Origin: a bacterium
GTDB lineage: Bacteria > SAR324 > JACQKK01
Reading direction: 5' to 3'
DNA: 64,000 bases
Assembly: GCA_965240465.1 (NCBI GenBank)
Contig: OZ251219.1
Location: forward strand, 320,001-384,000
The notes under the pieces are model-generated. The model was not told the DNA's origin, did no database searches, and was given only the letters and a program-made list of their open reading frames with translations. This document shows positions 50,342-60,973 of this stretch, piece by piece; position 1 is the stretch's first letter; the number at the start of each line of letters is the position of its first letter. The translations under genes were made by a program, and so were the position numbers.

Positions 50342-50883
50342 TCATTGCTCCCACTCCCTCTCCTCCCTCTAACTCTCTACCCTTTCTTCAGCAAAACGAC
50401 AGCTCCAACTCTAAAATAAGAAGTACCCTCTTGCGTCTGAAGACGAAAGAGCGAAGTGGATCATAAAAATCCCACTGATAAAAAATTGTTTCTAAAATGT
50501 TTGAGAGAGATAATTAGCAGAAAAGCTATAAGCACCGCCAAAAACTCCCTCCTAGTGAGGGGTAAGCAGAAAGGGGGGAGGGGTGAGGGAGAGGGGAGGC
50601 AGAAAGGGGGGAGGACAAAACCCCTTCCTGCCCGTTGTGGGAGACTTGCATCCCACAATTAAATTCTTTCAAACTAAAAGCTATCTTAGCACTCTGCATA
50701 TCCACCTTGATTTCATTATTACCAACATCAGCACTTGTGAATATCTTTATCAGGGTTATAAACAACCGCTACCTGCATATCCACCAACACCCAAAAACAT
50801 TAAAAACAGCCTTATCTTAGCACCTGCTACCCAGCAGAACGAATCACATACTACTTAATTTAGTTGATTTATATGATCTTGTC

Positions 50884-51163
50884 AATGTTTTTTACTTAAA
50901 ATAATTTATTTTTATGCCCTCAATAACAATCTGAACCGATTATCAATTTAAGATGCTACCTTTTGGCAGGTCGGCATTCAAAATAGCTGATCTTCTGGGG
51001 GACGGTACCACAAACAAGGTATTAATGTTTTTTACTTAAAATAATTTATTTTTATGTCCTCAATAACAATCTGAACCGATTATCAATTTAAGGTGCTACC
51101 TTTTGGCGGGTCGGCATTCAAAGTAGCTGATCTTCTGGGGGACGGTACCACAAATAAGGTATT
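50884..51163. repeat. 140-bp tandem duplication x2
   Basis: Units start at 50884 and 51024, with a few substitutions. Confidence 0.9.
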
Positions 51164-51222
51164 AAAGACAATTAATATATTTATAATTTCAGAAAAACAT
51201 CAATTGCTAGTAGTTTTTCAGT

Positions 51223-53742
51223 TTAAGTAGCAACTATATTGACCAGCTTGTTTTCCACCACGATCACCTTTTTAATTTTCTTATTTTGCAGCTGTTTTTT
51301 AATGGTTGGATTTTGCAGAGCTTTATTTTGGAGCTCTTTTGCGGTGTGATTGGTCATGACTTCAATTCGTTCTCTCACCTTACCATTGATTTGCAGGACC
51401 AAGGTGGTGGTGAGTTTTTTAATGTAATCCGACTGGTATTGAGGCCAAGGTTGGAGATGTACGCTGGATTCGGGGTGCCTTTTTCGCCAGAGTTCTTCGG
51501 TAATGAAGGGAGCGATTGGTGCTAGCATTAGGATAATGAGTTCGGTCAATTCATTCCACAAGGAGGTGTCTTGTAGTTGAGTTTGATGAGTTTTGAGTAC
51601 AGAACGACAGTGCATAAGGGCGGCTATCAGAGTGTTGAATTTAAATTTTTGGTAATCAGCAGTAGCCTTTTGGAGGGTTTGATGTATCAGGGAGCGTAAT
51701 TTTTCTTTTAGTTCGGGTGGTGATTCTTTAGGCGAGGGAGTTGTTTTAGAGCAGAGTTTCCAGACGTCTTGGATAAAGCGTTTCATGCCTTCTATGCCGC
51801 GTGGGTTCCAAGGTCCTCCTTGGTTCCAGGGGCCGATGAACATAAGATAAGCCCGAATGGTATCCGCCCCGTAGCGTTCCAATAGTTCATCGGGATTGAC
51901 CACATTGCCGCGGGATTTAGACATTTTTTCCCCGTCTGCACCCAAGATTGTGCCCTGATTATAGAGTTTTCGGATGGGTTCCCGATGGGGGAGCAATTTG
52001 GCATCTGCCAGAGCACGAGCGTAGAATCTCAGATAAAGCAGGTGCATTATGGCGTGTTCAATACCGCCTGTATATTGACTGATAGGCAACCATTTTTGGA
52101 TTTCATTAGCATCCCAAGGGGCGTCGCGGGTGGTTAGTTGTTGTTGTTTTTTCCAGTAGGGGGATAGGTAGGCGTACATATACCAAGAAGAACAAACGAA
52201 GGTATCCATGGTATCGGTTTCTCTTTGGGCTGCCTTTCCGCATTGAGGGCAAGTAGTATTAAGAAAACCGGAGTGTTTTTTCAGGGGGCTTTCCCCAGTG
52301 GGTTCAAATACGGCATCATTTGGTAGCAAGACTGGCAGGTCTTTTTCTGGAGCAGGAATCGTCCCGCACTGGGGGCAGTAAATGATGGGGATCGGAGTTC
52401 CCCACATACGCTGCCGAGAAATGAGCCAATCCCGCAAACGATAATTGACGGTCCGCTTTCCTAATCCTTGGGCGGTCAGCCATTCGGCAGTACGCTGAAA
52501 GCTTTTTGGCCAGGGAGTGCCATCAAATTCACCGCTATTGCACATGATGCTTCCTTCCTTAGCCGTGTAAGCTCCAGAGGGGGGAGGCATAGCCTCTGCT
52601 GAAGATTGCTTGACCGACCTGAGAACAGATTTGATAGGTAGCTGATATTTAATCGCAAAAGCCCAGTCGCGTTCATCATGAGCAGGCACCGCCATAACGG
52701 CACCAGTACCGTATCCCATAATCACATAATCAGCTACCCAGACGGGTATAGCCTCTTTATTAAAGGGATTGGTTACATAAGCTCCACTGAAGACACCATC
52801 TTTTTCCTGACCTTCTGCCGAGCGTTCAATTTCACTTTTGCCAGCTGCCCGTTCCCGATAATCGCGTACCGCAGCCAGATGCTCAGGCGGGGTGATGGAA
52901 TCCAGCAGAGGATGCTCAGGGGAAATAACACAGAAGGTTATGCCAAAGGCGGTATCTGGTCTAGTGGTGAACACTTGCAATTTGAGGTCGGTTTTTTCGG
53001 TAAAGAGCAGCTCAAATTCCACTCCTTCTGAGCGACCAATCCAATTAGTTTGCATGGTGCAGACCGCTTCAGGCCAATCCATTTGGCTAAAATCCAGCAA
53101 TTCTTCGGCGTAGCGGGTAATACGATATTTCCACTGATTGAGCAATTTTTTTACTACTCGTGTATCACAACGTTCGCATTTGCGTTCTTCGCCTATCACT
53201 TGCTCGCGTGCCAGAGTGGTATTGCACTGCGGACAAAAATCCACCGCCGCGTGCTCCCTATATGCCAATCCCTGCCGATAAAAAAGCAAAAATATCCACT
53301 GATTCCACTTGTAATAATCCGCTTCACAACTAATGATTTCATTCTTCCAAGCCCACATTGCTCCCATCCGTCGCAACTGACCTCGCATGCGTTCAATGTT
53401 TTTATAAGTCCATTCCTTAGGATGCAAACCATGCTTAATAGCCGCATTCTCTGCTGGAAGACCAAAGGCATCAAAGCCGATTGGAAAAAAAACGTCATAG
53501 CCCTGCATCCTCTTAAAACGCGCCCCTGCATCCGAAGGTGCCATCGCATACCAATGACCAATGTGTAAATCACCCGATGGATAAGGTAACATGGTCAGCC
53601 AATAAAAGGGCTTTTTAGGCTCTGCCGATTTCTCATACAGACCCTCAGCTTCCCAGCGAGTACTCCAACGAGCTTCTACCTCACTAGGTTGGTACTTCTT
53701 TTCCCTTCCCCCGTTATCTGCCACCGATACTTCCATCACCAC
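51223..53742 (-). CDS. leuS: Leucine--tRNA ligase
   Basis: MLPYPSGDLHIGH, DAFGLPAENAAI, TTRPDT, GTGAVMAVPAHD, KMSKS. Confidence 0.97.
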   Translation of the reverse strand: MVMEVSVADNGGREKKYQPSEVEARWSTRWEAEGLYEKSAEPKKPFYWLTMLPYPSGDLHIGHWYAMAPSDAGARFKRMQGYDVFFPIGFDAFGLPAENAAIKHGLHPKEWTYKNIERMRGQLRRMGAMWAWKNEIISCEADYYKWNQWIFLLFYRQGLAYREHAAVDFCPQCNTTLAREQVIGEERKCERCDTRVVKKLLNQWKYRITRYAEELLDFSQMDWPEAVCTMQTNWIGRSEGVEFELLFTEKTDLKLQVFTTRPDTAFGITFCVISPEHPLLDSITPPEHLAAVRDYRERAAGKSEIERSAEGQEKDGVFSGAYVTNPFNKEAIPVWVADYVIMGYGTGAVMAVPAHDERDWAFAIKYQLPIKSVLRSVKQSSAEAMPPPSGAYTAKEGSIMCNSGEFDGTPWPKSFQRTAEWLTAQGLGKRTVNYRLRDWLISRQRMWGTPIPIIYCPQCGTIPAPEKDLPVLLPNDAVFEPTGESPLKKHSGFLNTTCPQCGKAAQRETDTMDTFVCSSWYMYAYLSPYWKKQQQLTTRDAPWDANEIQKWLPISQYTGGIEHAIMHLLYLRFYARALADAKLLPHREPIRKLYNQGTILGADGEKMSKSRGNVVNPDELLERYGADTIRAYLMFIGPWNQGGPWNPRGIEGMKRFIQDVWKLCSKTTPSPKESPPELKEKLRSLIHQTLQKATADYQKFKFNTLIAALMHCRSVLKTHQTQLQDTSLWNELTELIILMLAPIAPFITEELWRKRHPESSVHLQPWPQYQSDYIKKLTTTLVLQINGKVRERIEVMTNHTAKELQNKALQNPTIKKQLQNKKIKKVIVVENKLVNIVAT

Positions 53743-53816
53743 TCAACTTTCTTATTTTCTAGATTTACTTTTCTCACAGCGGAGTACCATCAAAAAACTG
53801 ATTTGTGCATTTATCG

Positions 53817-55100
53817 CTAGTTATTGCTTGGTTGTGCCATCAAGAATGCCATTGAGCGATTGCCCTTTATCTTGTTGCATTGCGGACATAGCAATTGTAG
53901 GTTGCCGCGTTCATTTCCGCCACCATCGCTTTTAGGAATGATGTGGTCAATATCAAAATTATCTCTGGGGAAATGTATCTTACATCCATTGCATTTGCCA
54001 TTTTGTTTGCCAAACATGAAGAATTTATCTTCTTTGGTGGGATTTCTTTTATAATCCACATCTGTTCGGGTAGGTATATCTTCTCGGTAGATTGGTTTGC
54101 TTCTGAAGAAATCTTCTGGGACTTCGTTTTTTAGTCTGGTTTTTACCAACTCAAAGGCTTTGGGGGATACATCAATACCGATCCATTCACGCTCCAAACG
54201 CGAGGCTGCGATGCAAGTGGTGGCACAGCCACAGAATGGATCCAGCACTAGTCCTTTTGCGGGGCAGGATGCCTCAATAATGCGTTCTACCAATGCTAGG
54301 GGCTTTTGAGTAGGGTATCCCGTGCGTTCCTTTGCTTGAGAATTAAGGATGTTCAATTTTTTGTCTCGCAAATATGTCCAGGTATCATTTTCTATTACTC
54401 CTTTTTTCCTAACGTACACTACCTGATAACCTTTATTTTTATATTTTTCAATGACCGCTTCGGGGGTGTTCTCTTTTTCATAAATCAATAATTGTCCTTG
54501 CCCATTGATGATATTTGTATGGTATGGAGTGGTGGTTTGCTTTTCAACATAAAGCGGTATGAAGATATGTTTGCCTTGCTTCTTTGCATAATACAAAATC
54601 ACATCGTGATTCTTTTGAAAATGGTTTATAACATTGCTCCATTTACCATAATTCCAAACAACCTCATTCATAAAATTGCTAGTCCCAAATATCGTATCCA
54701 GCAGCAGCTTAAGGTAATGACTCGCAGTAGGATCGCAATGCAGATACAAACTCCCCGTCTCTTTTAAGATGCGATGCATCTCAAACAAGCGTACCGCCAT
54801 GTAAATGAGATAATACTTGGCAGAACGGCTGCCTATATCTCCTACGGCATCCAAGTACTTATAGAGCCTTGGCTGTTTGGCTTTGATTTCTTCATGCCAT
54901 TCATCTTTAACCGATTCTTCGTGCCAAATATCATCAAAATCAGCTCCTTCTGCCTCGGAGCCTACTGGGGCATGAAACTTTTTTCCTTTGTTGAAAGGTG
55001 GATCAAGATAAATCAGGTCAATGCTATTGCTGTTGACACCTCGCAGGATGGGCAGGTTATCGTGGCAAAAAATGGTATGGGATTTCAGAGTAGTTTGCAT
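53817..55100 (-). CDS. N6-adenine/N4-cytosine DNA methyltransferase fused to C-terminal HNH domain
   Basis: DLIYLDPPF, YPTQKP, VLDPFCGCATT (beta-class order); CNGC...DIDHIIPKSDGG.....NLQLLCPQCN. Confidence 0.88.
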   Translation of the reverse strand: MQTTLKSHTIFCHDNLPILRGVNSNSIDLIYLDPPFNKGKKFHAPVGSEAEGADFDDIWHEESVKDEWHEEIKAKQPRLYKYLDAVGDIGSRSAKYYLIYMAVRLFEMHRILKETGSLYLHCDPTASHYLKLLLDTIFGTSNFMNEVVWNYGKWSNVINHFQKNHDVILYYAKKQGKHIFIPLYVEKQTTTPYHTNIINGQGQLLIYEKENTPEAVIEKYKNKGYQVVYVRKKGVIENDTWTYLRDKKLNILNSQAKERTGYPTQKPLALVERIIEASCPAKGLVLDPFCGCATTCIAASRLEREWIGIDVSPKAFELVKTRLKNEVPEDFFRSKPIYREDIPTRTDVDYKRNPTKEDKFFMFGKQNGKCNGCKIHFPRDNFDIDHIIPKSDGGGNERGNLQLLCPQCNKIKGNRSMAFLMAQPSNN

Positions 55101-55148
55101 GATATTTATACTCAGAAAAACTTAGCTCCTGACCGAGACATCCCTTGC

Positions 55149-55790
55149 CTAAAAAACTTGTAGCCAGGGTACTAGTCTTTGCCCGATGCTGAAAATTATC
55201 TGGAAGATAGGGACGCCAATAACGCTAAGCAAAATCAGCATCATTAAAGCAGCAGAGCCATAGCGATCATTGAAATCATTGTAGGCTCGGGATGCTCCCT
55301 TACTGAGAAAATAAGGCAGGATGTAGTGTCCGTCCAGTGGTCCTAGGGGGATGAGATTAAACAACATCAGTACCAGATTGATGATTGCCAGATAGGAAAA
55401 AAACAACCGAATTGCTGGGCTGGTCAGTACTGGTATATCAACCTTAAGCAGCAGGGAAAACAAGTTCACCGCGGTGAAGGCGATCAACAAGTTCATCAGC
55501 GGACCGGCGGCGGCTACCACCAGTATTGCCCAGCGCGAACGCATACGCGATGGATTAAAGGGGACTGGCTTAGCATAACCGAAGCCCACCATTACCACCA
55601 TCAGCAGCCCGATGGCATCAATATGGGCTAGGGGGTTGAGAGTTAATCTTCCCAGACGGGCGGCGGTATCGTCGCCAAAGCACTGGGCTGCCCAGGCGTG
55701 TCCCCATTCATGAGCACTAAGAGAGATAACAAGGGCAATGATGATCAGAAAAAAAAGTGCGAACTGACCTTGGAATAAAAGCGTAATCAT
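55149..55790 (-). CDS. Site-2 protease family (M50) protein
   Basis: HEWGH, GRLTLNPLAHID, AAGP.MN, FNLIPLGPLDG. Confidence 0.93.
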   Translation of the reverse strand: MITLLFQGQFALFFLIIIALVISLSAHEWGHAWAAQCFGDDTAARLGRLTLNPLAHIDAIGLLMVVMVGFGYAKPVPFNPSRMRSRWAILVVAAAGPLMNLLIAFTAVNLFSLLLKVDIPVLTSPAIRLFFSYLAIINLVLMLFNLIPLGPLDGHYILPYFLSKGASRAYNDFNDRYGSAALMMLILLSVIGVPIFQIIFSIGQRLVPWLQVF

Positions 55791-55883
55791 GGATCCTCCT
55801 AGGAGTGGTACAAACGAGCATTATCATAGCCCAAGCTGCCGCGATATCGGGGTAATATGATGAGAATTCAAGGTAGGGGGGAG

Positions 55884-58800
55884 CTATTTTTTTTTCAGGT
55901 ATTTGGTAATGGCTCGGTGTTGTCGGGCTGCTTCTGATATCTGGTTTCGGTAGGAAGCGTGCGGACCTTGTGGGAGCTTGTCTTTGACATATTGGTAGTG
56001 ACGCAGAGAATTTTTCCACTGCCTTAGTTGATGATATATCACTGCCAGCCGATAATGTACTGGGATTTCCCAAGCGGTGTTGGTGATTGGTCTTTTAGCC
56101 AAGGAAACCAGTTCGGTGAGGGCTTTGCGATGTTGTTGGAGGGCAATTTCCATGTCTATCAGCGTGAGGGAGCTATCAAGGGCGATTTCATCGGTGCTGC
56201 CATTATCGGCTTGTTTCAGGAAACGTCTGGCTGCGGGCGTATTATTTAGGCTGGAATGCAGTTGTCCCATACGAAAGGCTTGAATTCGGCGGCGGGGGTC
56301 TGCCTTGGGGATATTTACCCGTAGTGCTTGATGATAAGCCAGCAATTGTTTAGCATTTTCGGGTAGTGGTAGTCGGGTTTGCAGGTATTCTAAAGTTTCC
56401 CACTGGTATTGCCATTCCAGCCCGATCCTAAGGGCTTGCTGATAGCTAAGCAGGGCTGGATTGGTTTGCTTTTTGAGTTCCAGTTGTTTGCCTTGCTTAA
56501 AATAAACCACTCCCAGTCGTTTTTGTATTTCTTGTTTCAGGGTTGGTTGTTCTTTTAGCAGTGCCATTCTCTTTTTTAGAATTTCAATCAGCAGGGGATA
56601 TTCTCCTTTTCCGTGCAGTGACTGTGACCATTCCTGCAGAGCCTCTTGCTGCTGAGGAGCAGGCAAGCGGGCCGAATTTTTTAGCAAGCCCGATAAGAGT
56701 CTTTTCGCCTGATGGTTGGATAATTTACCCGGTTTTTTTAGTCCTTTTGCCAGCTGGGCTGCCAACGCCCGCCGCTGTATTTTGTCCCTACCTGCCTTAG
56801 ACAAGTTTCCCGATAGGGCAGATTTTAGTACTCGCAATTTGGCAGCTGGGTCCTGACGATGATGGGCTGCCAAGCCCAGTACGGCGATTTCCTTGAGTAT
56901 CTGCGGGGTTTGCTTTTTCTCAATTGCTGGCTGATACCACTTCCGCAGTAGTTTCTCCTCGGCAGGCAGGAAAGAAGTTGTACGCCAGAATTCGTGCAGT
57001 GATAAAAAGCTACGCTGAAAAATCAGAGGGGATTGGTTGGCATGGTTTTGCTGGAGCAGAATTGGTATCGCTTGCAATGCTCGTTTGGTCTGCAGTAGAT
57101 ATTCTGCAAACCACCCTGAGGCTTCTATCTGTCGCGATAGTGGATTTTTGGCATCATTCATTACCGAGAGATAATACTCAGCAGCAGTAGCTTGTTGACT
57201 GGGGGTTGAGCTCTTGGTGGTTGAGCTCTTGGTGGTTGAGCTCTTGGTGGTTGAGATTTGTAATTGCCAAGAGAAAATTTCCAGCCAGCGAGACTCCTGT
57301 TTGCTTAAGGGTTTATAATTCTGCAAGCGTTTGCGTGCCTGCTTAAAACGGCTGGCTTGAATATCACTCTGCTGGAGGGCGTTAAGGGCTGCCAAAGAAA
57401 ATATGGGGACTGCCGTATTCAATAGGTTTTGATATTGCTCAGCAGACCGCCTAGTTTGTTTAAGCACCGCGTAAGCTAGGGCTAATTGAAATTGCCAAGC
57501 TGGGTTATTACTCAGGGTGGTCGGCCAATCTTCAGCCAAAGAAACCAAGCACGATGCTCGTCCAGTGAGTACACAAGCATAAGAAGCCGTCTTGATGGCT
57601 GTTTTATAGCTCAAGGAAGCAGGAGTATTTTTTCTCAGCACTCTCAAGTACGATTGGGACTGCGGTTGAGATTGTCCTACTGCAAATTGGGCTGAGAGTA
57701 ATAATTCTCCCCAGCTGAGAAAACCCAGCTGAGAATGCAATTCTAGTGGCTTAAGCTCTCTGATGGCTGCTTTATGCTGTCCCTTACGAGCTTGACAAAT
57801 TCCCCACATAAAATGTAGCTGCGGTCCGAAATTTTCCTTAGCCTTAGCTGCCGCAGGAGAGCTGGAGTTAAGATTAGCTCTAACCTTCCGACAATCCCCA
57901 TCGGCAAAACCTCTTAAAAAGGGCTGGAAACTTCTGCGATGCGGGCGATAAATTTGTTCCGCCAGCGCCAAGGCATATTCCTTAAAAGAAGGAGGTTGCA
58001 ATCCATTGGTTCCAGATAGCCCATACCGCAAATGAAACAATTGGGGCTTGCCGATAAGGTGAGGTCGCTGACTTAAAGCCAGAGCTAAATGCTCCTGAGC
58101 AAGCTTATTTTTATTTAGCTCAAAATACTCCTGCCCCACCTCTAAATATGCTCCTGCCCGAAAGGTGAGATCACTGGTGTTTAAGTAGGTTTTTAGGTGC
58201 TGAATATACCGCACCCGCTCTTTGTCGGTAGGCTGCACCCGCTCTTTGTCGGTAGGAGGAATAGTATTTTTTATGAGCCGTGCATGTTGATAAAGCAATC
58301 TGGAGTAATCGTGGACAGAGGCATAACAACAAAGCAATAAACGAGATACCGATAGTGCCTCTCTAAAGCGTTTTTGTTTTTGATAATCCTGTCGCAATTT
58401 TTCCAGTAAGCGAGCCTTTTCCTGATATGCACCTGAGGCATGTGGATAGGCATGTGGATGGGCATGTGGATGGGCATGTGGATGGGCATGTAGATAGGCA
58501 TTAAGTGATTGCCGAGAAAGCTTGTCATTTTGCCAAGCTTGGATTCTCAATTTAGTTGCCAGTATTTGGGGCGTATCAGGAACATCGGCAGGATTTTTAG
58601 CCTTGTTTAGAATGCGGAGGGCTGCCTGAGGGTTTTGCCTATCTAGCTGCCTTTCGGCATGGAACGCCAACAAGCTAGGCAAAAGAGGATGGCGAGGACT
58701 TCTTTGAGCCAGGGTATTCAACCTGCGTTTGGCTTTTTTCCAAGCTATTGAGTTATCCAGCAGAGGAATCTGTAGCACTAAGGCTTGGGCAGTAAATAAA

Positions 58801-59165
58801 CTGTTAGGAAATCTATTCATTAGATTTTCCAATGATTTCTTCGCCAACAAACCCTTCTGCAACTGCAACGCAGCCCGAGTCTGAATCAGCAACACCTCAT
58901 CCAAACGACCAGATTTGGGAAAACTCCGCTGGTATCGCCTAGCTAAATTTAAGACGGTCCGATGCTCATGGTTGTCAGAAGCTTGCCTCAGGATGAAAAT
59001 CTGCTTCAAACTCTGAGACACCAATTGACTACCCCAGCCCGATCGCACCCCCAACATTCCCTCTAGTAATAATAGCAGTAGTAGGCAGATGAACCATCGC
59101 CCCAGCAGAAATCCGCCTCGCCCGTTCTTCCGATAACCTAAAAAACCACCCATCTTAAAATTCAT
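55884..59165 (-). CDS. Large exported TPR-like alpha-helical protein
   Basis: 1093-aa ORF with signal-like N-terminus and TPR-like helical patterns; internal HPHA and STTKS repeats. Confidence 0.7.
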   Translation of the reverse strand: MNFKMGGFLGYRKNGRGGFLLGRWFICLLLLLLLEGMLGVRSGWGSQLVSQSLKQIFILRQASDNHEHRTVLNLARRYQRSFPKSGRLDEVLLIQTRAALQLQKGLLAKKSLENLMNRFPNSLFTAQALVLQIPLLDNSIAWKKAKRRLNTLAQRSPRHPLLPSLLAFHAERQLDRQNPQAALRILNKAKNPADVPDTPQILATKLRIQAWQNDKLSRQSLNAYLHAHPHAHPHAHPHAYPHASGAYQEKARLLEKLRQDYQKQKRFREALSVSRLLLCCYASVHDYSRLLYQHARLIKNTIPPTDKERVQPTDKERVRYIQHLKTYLNTSDLTFRAGAYLEVGQEYFELNKNKLAQEHLALALSQRPHLIGKPQLFHLRYGLSGTNGLQPPSFKEYALALAEQIYRPHRRSFQPFLRGFADGDCRKVRANLNSSSPAAAKAKENFGPQLHFMWGICQARKGQHKAAIRELKPLELHSQLGFLSWGELLLSAQFAVGQSQPQSQSYLRVLRKNTPASLSYKTAIKTASYACVLTGRASCLVSLAEDWPTTLSNNPAWQFQLALAYAVLKQTRRSAEQYQNLLNTAVPIFSLAALNALQQSDIQASRFKQARKRLQNYKPLSKQESRWLEIFSWQLQISTTKSSTTKSSTTKSSTPSQQATAAEYYLSVMNDAKNPLSRQIEASGWFAEYLLQTKRALQAIPILLQQNHANQSPLIFQRSFLSLHEFWRTTSFLPAEEKLLRKWYQPAIEKKQTPQILKEIAVLGLAAHHRQDPAAKLRVLKSALSGNLSKAGRDKIQRRALAAQLAKGLKKPGKLSNHQAKRLLSGLLKNSARLPAPQQQEALQEWSQSLHGKGEYPLLIEILKKRMALLKEQPTLKQEIQKRLGVVYFKQGKQLELKKQTNPALLSYQQALRIGLEWQYQWETLEYLQTRLPLPENAKQLLAYHQALRVNIPKADPRRRIQAFRMGQLHSSLNNTPAARRFLKQADNGSTDEIALDSSLTLIDMEIALQQHRKALTELVSLAKRPITNTAWEIPVHYRLAVIYHQLRQWKNSLRHYQYVKDKLPQGPHASYRNQISEAARQHRAITKYLKKK

Positions 59166-59382
59166 TCTTCTCCCGCCATGCCAGATAATTCATGCCTGAT
59201 AATTCATGCCTGATAATTCTGCCTGATAATTCTGCCAAACTCAGTAAAGACCACCATTAAGCACGAAATATGGGATATTCCTCTCTTAAAGGTTGTATCA
59301 TATTTTACGATGCTTGTTGGCACCACAGACCGCAACCTCGTAGGGGGGTGCTTGTTTTTTGATCGCCAGCTTTTCTGAGTAG

Positions 59383-60073
59383 TTGAATATTTTTTCCGCC
59401 CGAGTTTCCATTATCATTCCGCTGCTTAATGAGGCTGCCTTGACTGTCCCAGCTCTGCAGCGATTAGGTGCCATTTCAGGTCAGGCAGAGGTGGTGGTGG
59501 TGGATGGTGGTTCAACCGATGGTAGTCGGGAGTTAGCAGCTCCATTTTGTCGGGTATTGCAAAGTGAGCCCAATCGTGCTCGGCAGTGATATGGGGGTCC
59601 GCAATAGTAGCGGTGATTGGCTTTTATTCTTGCACCTTGATACCACCCTACCTTCATCTTTTTTGCGAGATATGGCTACCCTGGCACAACGAAATTGCCA
59701 AGCAGGAGCTTTCCGTCTGCAAATTGAGGGAAACTCTCTCTGGCTGAGGTTACTAAGTTGGGGTGCTAATTGGCGAACCAAGTATAGAAACATCGCCTTA
59801 GGAGACCAAGCCTGCTTTGTAAAACGAGACCTGTTTGAGCGTCTGGGAGGATTTCCTGAACTACCCATGATGGAGGATTATGCTTTCTCTTTGAAGGTTA
59901 AGCAAGCAAGGATTCGCTGGCGATTGGCACCCAGCGTGGTGTGTACTTCGGGTATTCGCTGGCAGCAGCAAGGATTTTGGCGTACTTGGTGGTTATTTCG
60001 GTGCTTATTTTATCAATTTCATCATCACCCCGATTTTCTCATCATGCTTAAGAAATATCCTCCCTCACGCTAA
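59383..60073 (+). pseudogene. TIGR04283-like GT2 glycosyltransferase, frameshifted at ~59587
   Basis: VSIIIP.LNE, VVDGGSTD and NRARQ followed by TGA; the +1 frame continues LLFLHLDT, GDQACFV, GGFPELP.MED, TS..RW. Confidence 0.75.
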
Positions 60074-60094
60074 ACCCAAGCCAGAGTTGTCTAT

Positions 60095-60826
60095 ATGCCA
60101 CCAGCTACCAGTCCTCGGTCTCTTGATATGGTACATCTGGTTATCTTTTGCCGAGCCCCGCAACCAGGGCAGGTTAAAACTCGTCTGATCCCCACCTTAG
60201 GAGCCCACGGTGCCTGCGAGCTACAAATGGAATGCTTGCATGACATTCTTACAGAATCCCTTAATTGGTGCCTTCAAGACCGTTGTCGCAAAGCACACTT
60301 TTTTTATACTCCGCCTCATTGTTTGGCTAAATTTGCAAACTGGGGAATACCCATCCCGCCCGAATTCAGTACTCATCCCCAAGTGGGCGATAACCTAGCT
60401 CAACGCATAAAACACGCCATCGCCACGGTGCAGGCAGAGGGCGACCCCGCCAAGGCCAACAAAAAATCGGTGGTACTGCTGATAGCTAGCGACCTCCCTC
60501 TGTTAAACCACCAACATCTGGAAGAAGCCCTACTAGCTCTAGCTCATCACGATGTAGTCTTCGGACCCTCCCCAGATGGAGGCTACTACTTGATCGGCAC
60601 GCATCATTCTCATAAATGGCTCACCTTTCCTCCTACCGATGTACTAGCTAAAAACTTGCAATCCGCACGCGATCATAATCTATCTTGGGCTTGCATCTCT
60701 TCTCTGCCAGATCTGGACGTAGAAGTAGATCTATGGAGTACCCTGAAAAACTCTCAATCTGTTCAGCATACCCAACTTCGGGCGGTGCAATGGCTGATGC
60801 AATGGGCTCGCAAACAATGCCCATAG
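60095..60826 (+). CDS. TIGR04282-like (DUF2064/CofC-like) transferase
   Basis: P.PGQVKTRL, Q.GDNL..R, SDLP, VFGPSPDGGYYLIG, DLD...DL. Confidence 0.85.
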   Translation: MPPATSPRSLDMVHLVIFCRAPQPGQVKTRLIPTLGAHGACELQMECLHDILTESLNWCLQDRCRKAHFFYTPPHCLAKFANWGIPIPPEFSTHPQVGDNLAQRIKHAIATVQAEGDPAKANKKSVVLLIASDLPLLNHQHLEEALLALAHHDVVFGPSPDGGYYLIGTHHSHKWLTFPPTDVLAKNLQSARDHNLSWACISSLPDLDVEVDLWSTLKNSQSVQHTQLRAVQWLMQWARKQCP

Positions 60827-60973
60827 AAACAATGGCTCATAGAAACAATGGCTCATAGAAACAATGAGTGTAAAAACAATCCTAAAACTGATAGCCTGAA
60901 AACTGACATACTATTAAATCTAATTACTGCCTTTCAACCATCTTTATTTCTTTGCCTGTCTGGATGATTCACC

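Noticed and set aside
59587-59589. Selenocysteine read-through of TGA in the TIGR04283-like gene
   Set aside because: The same frame hits TAG within six codons; homology continues in a different frame
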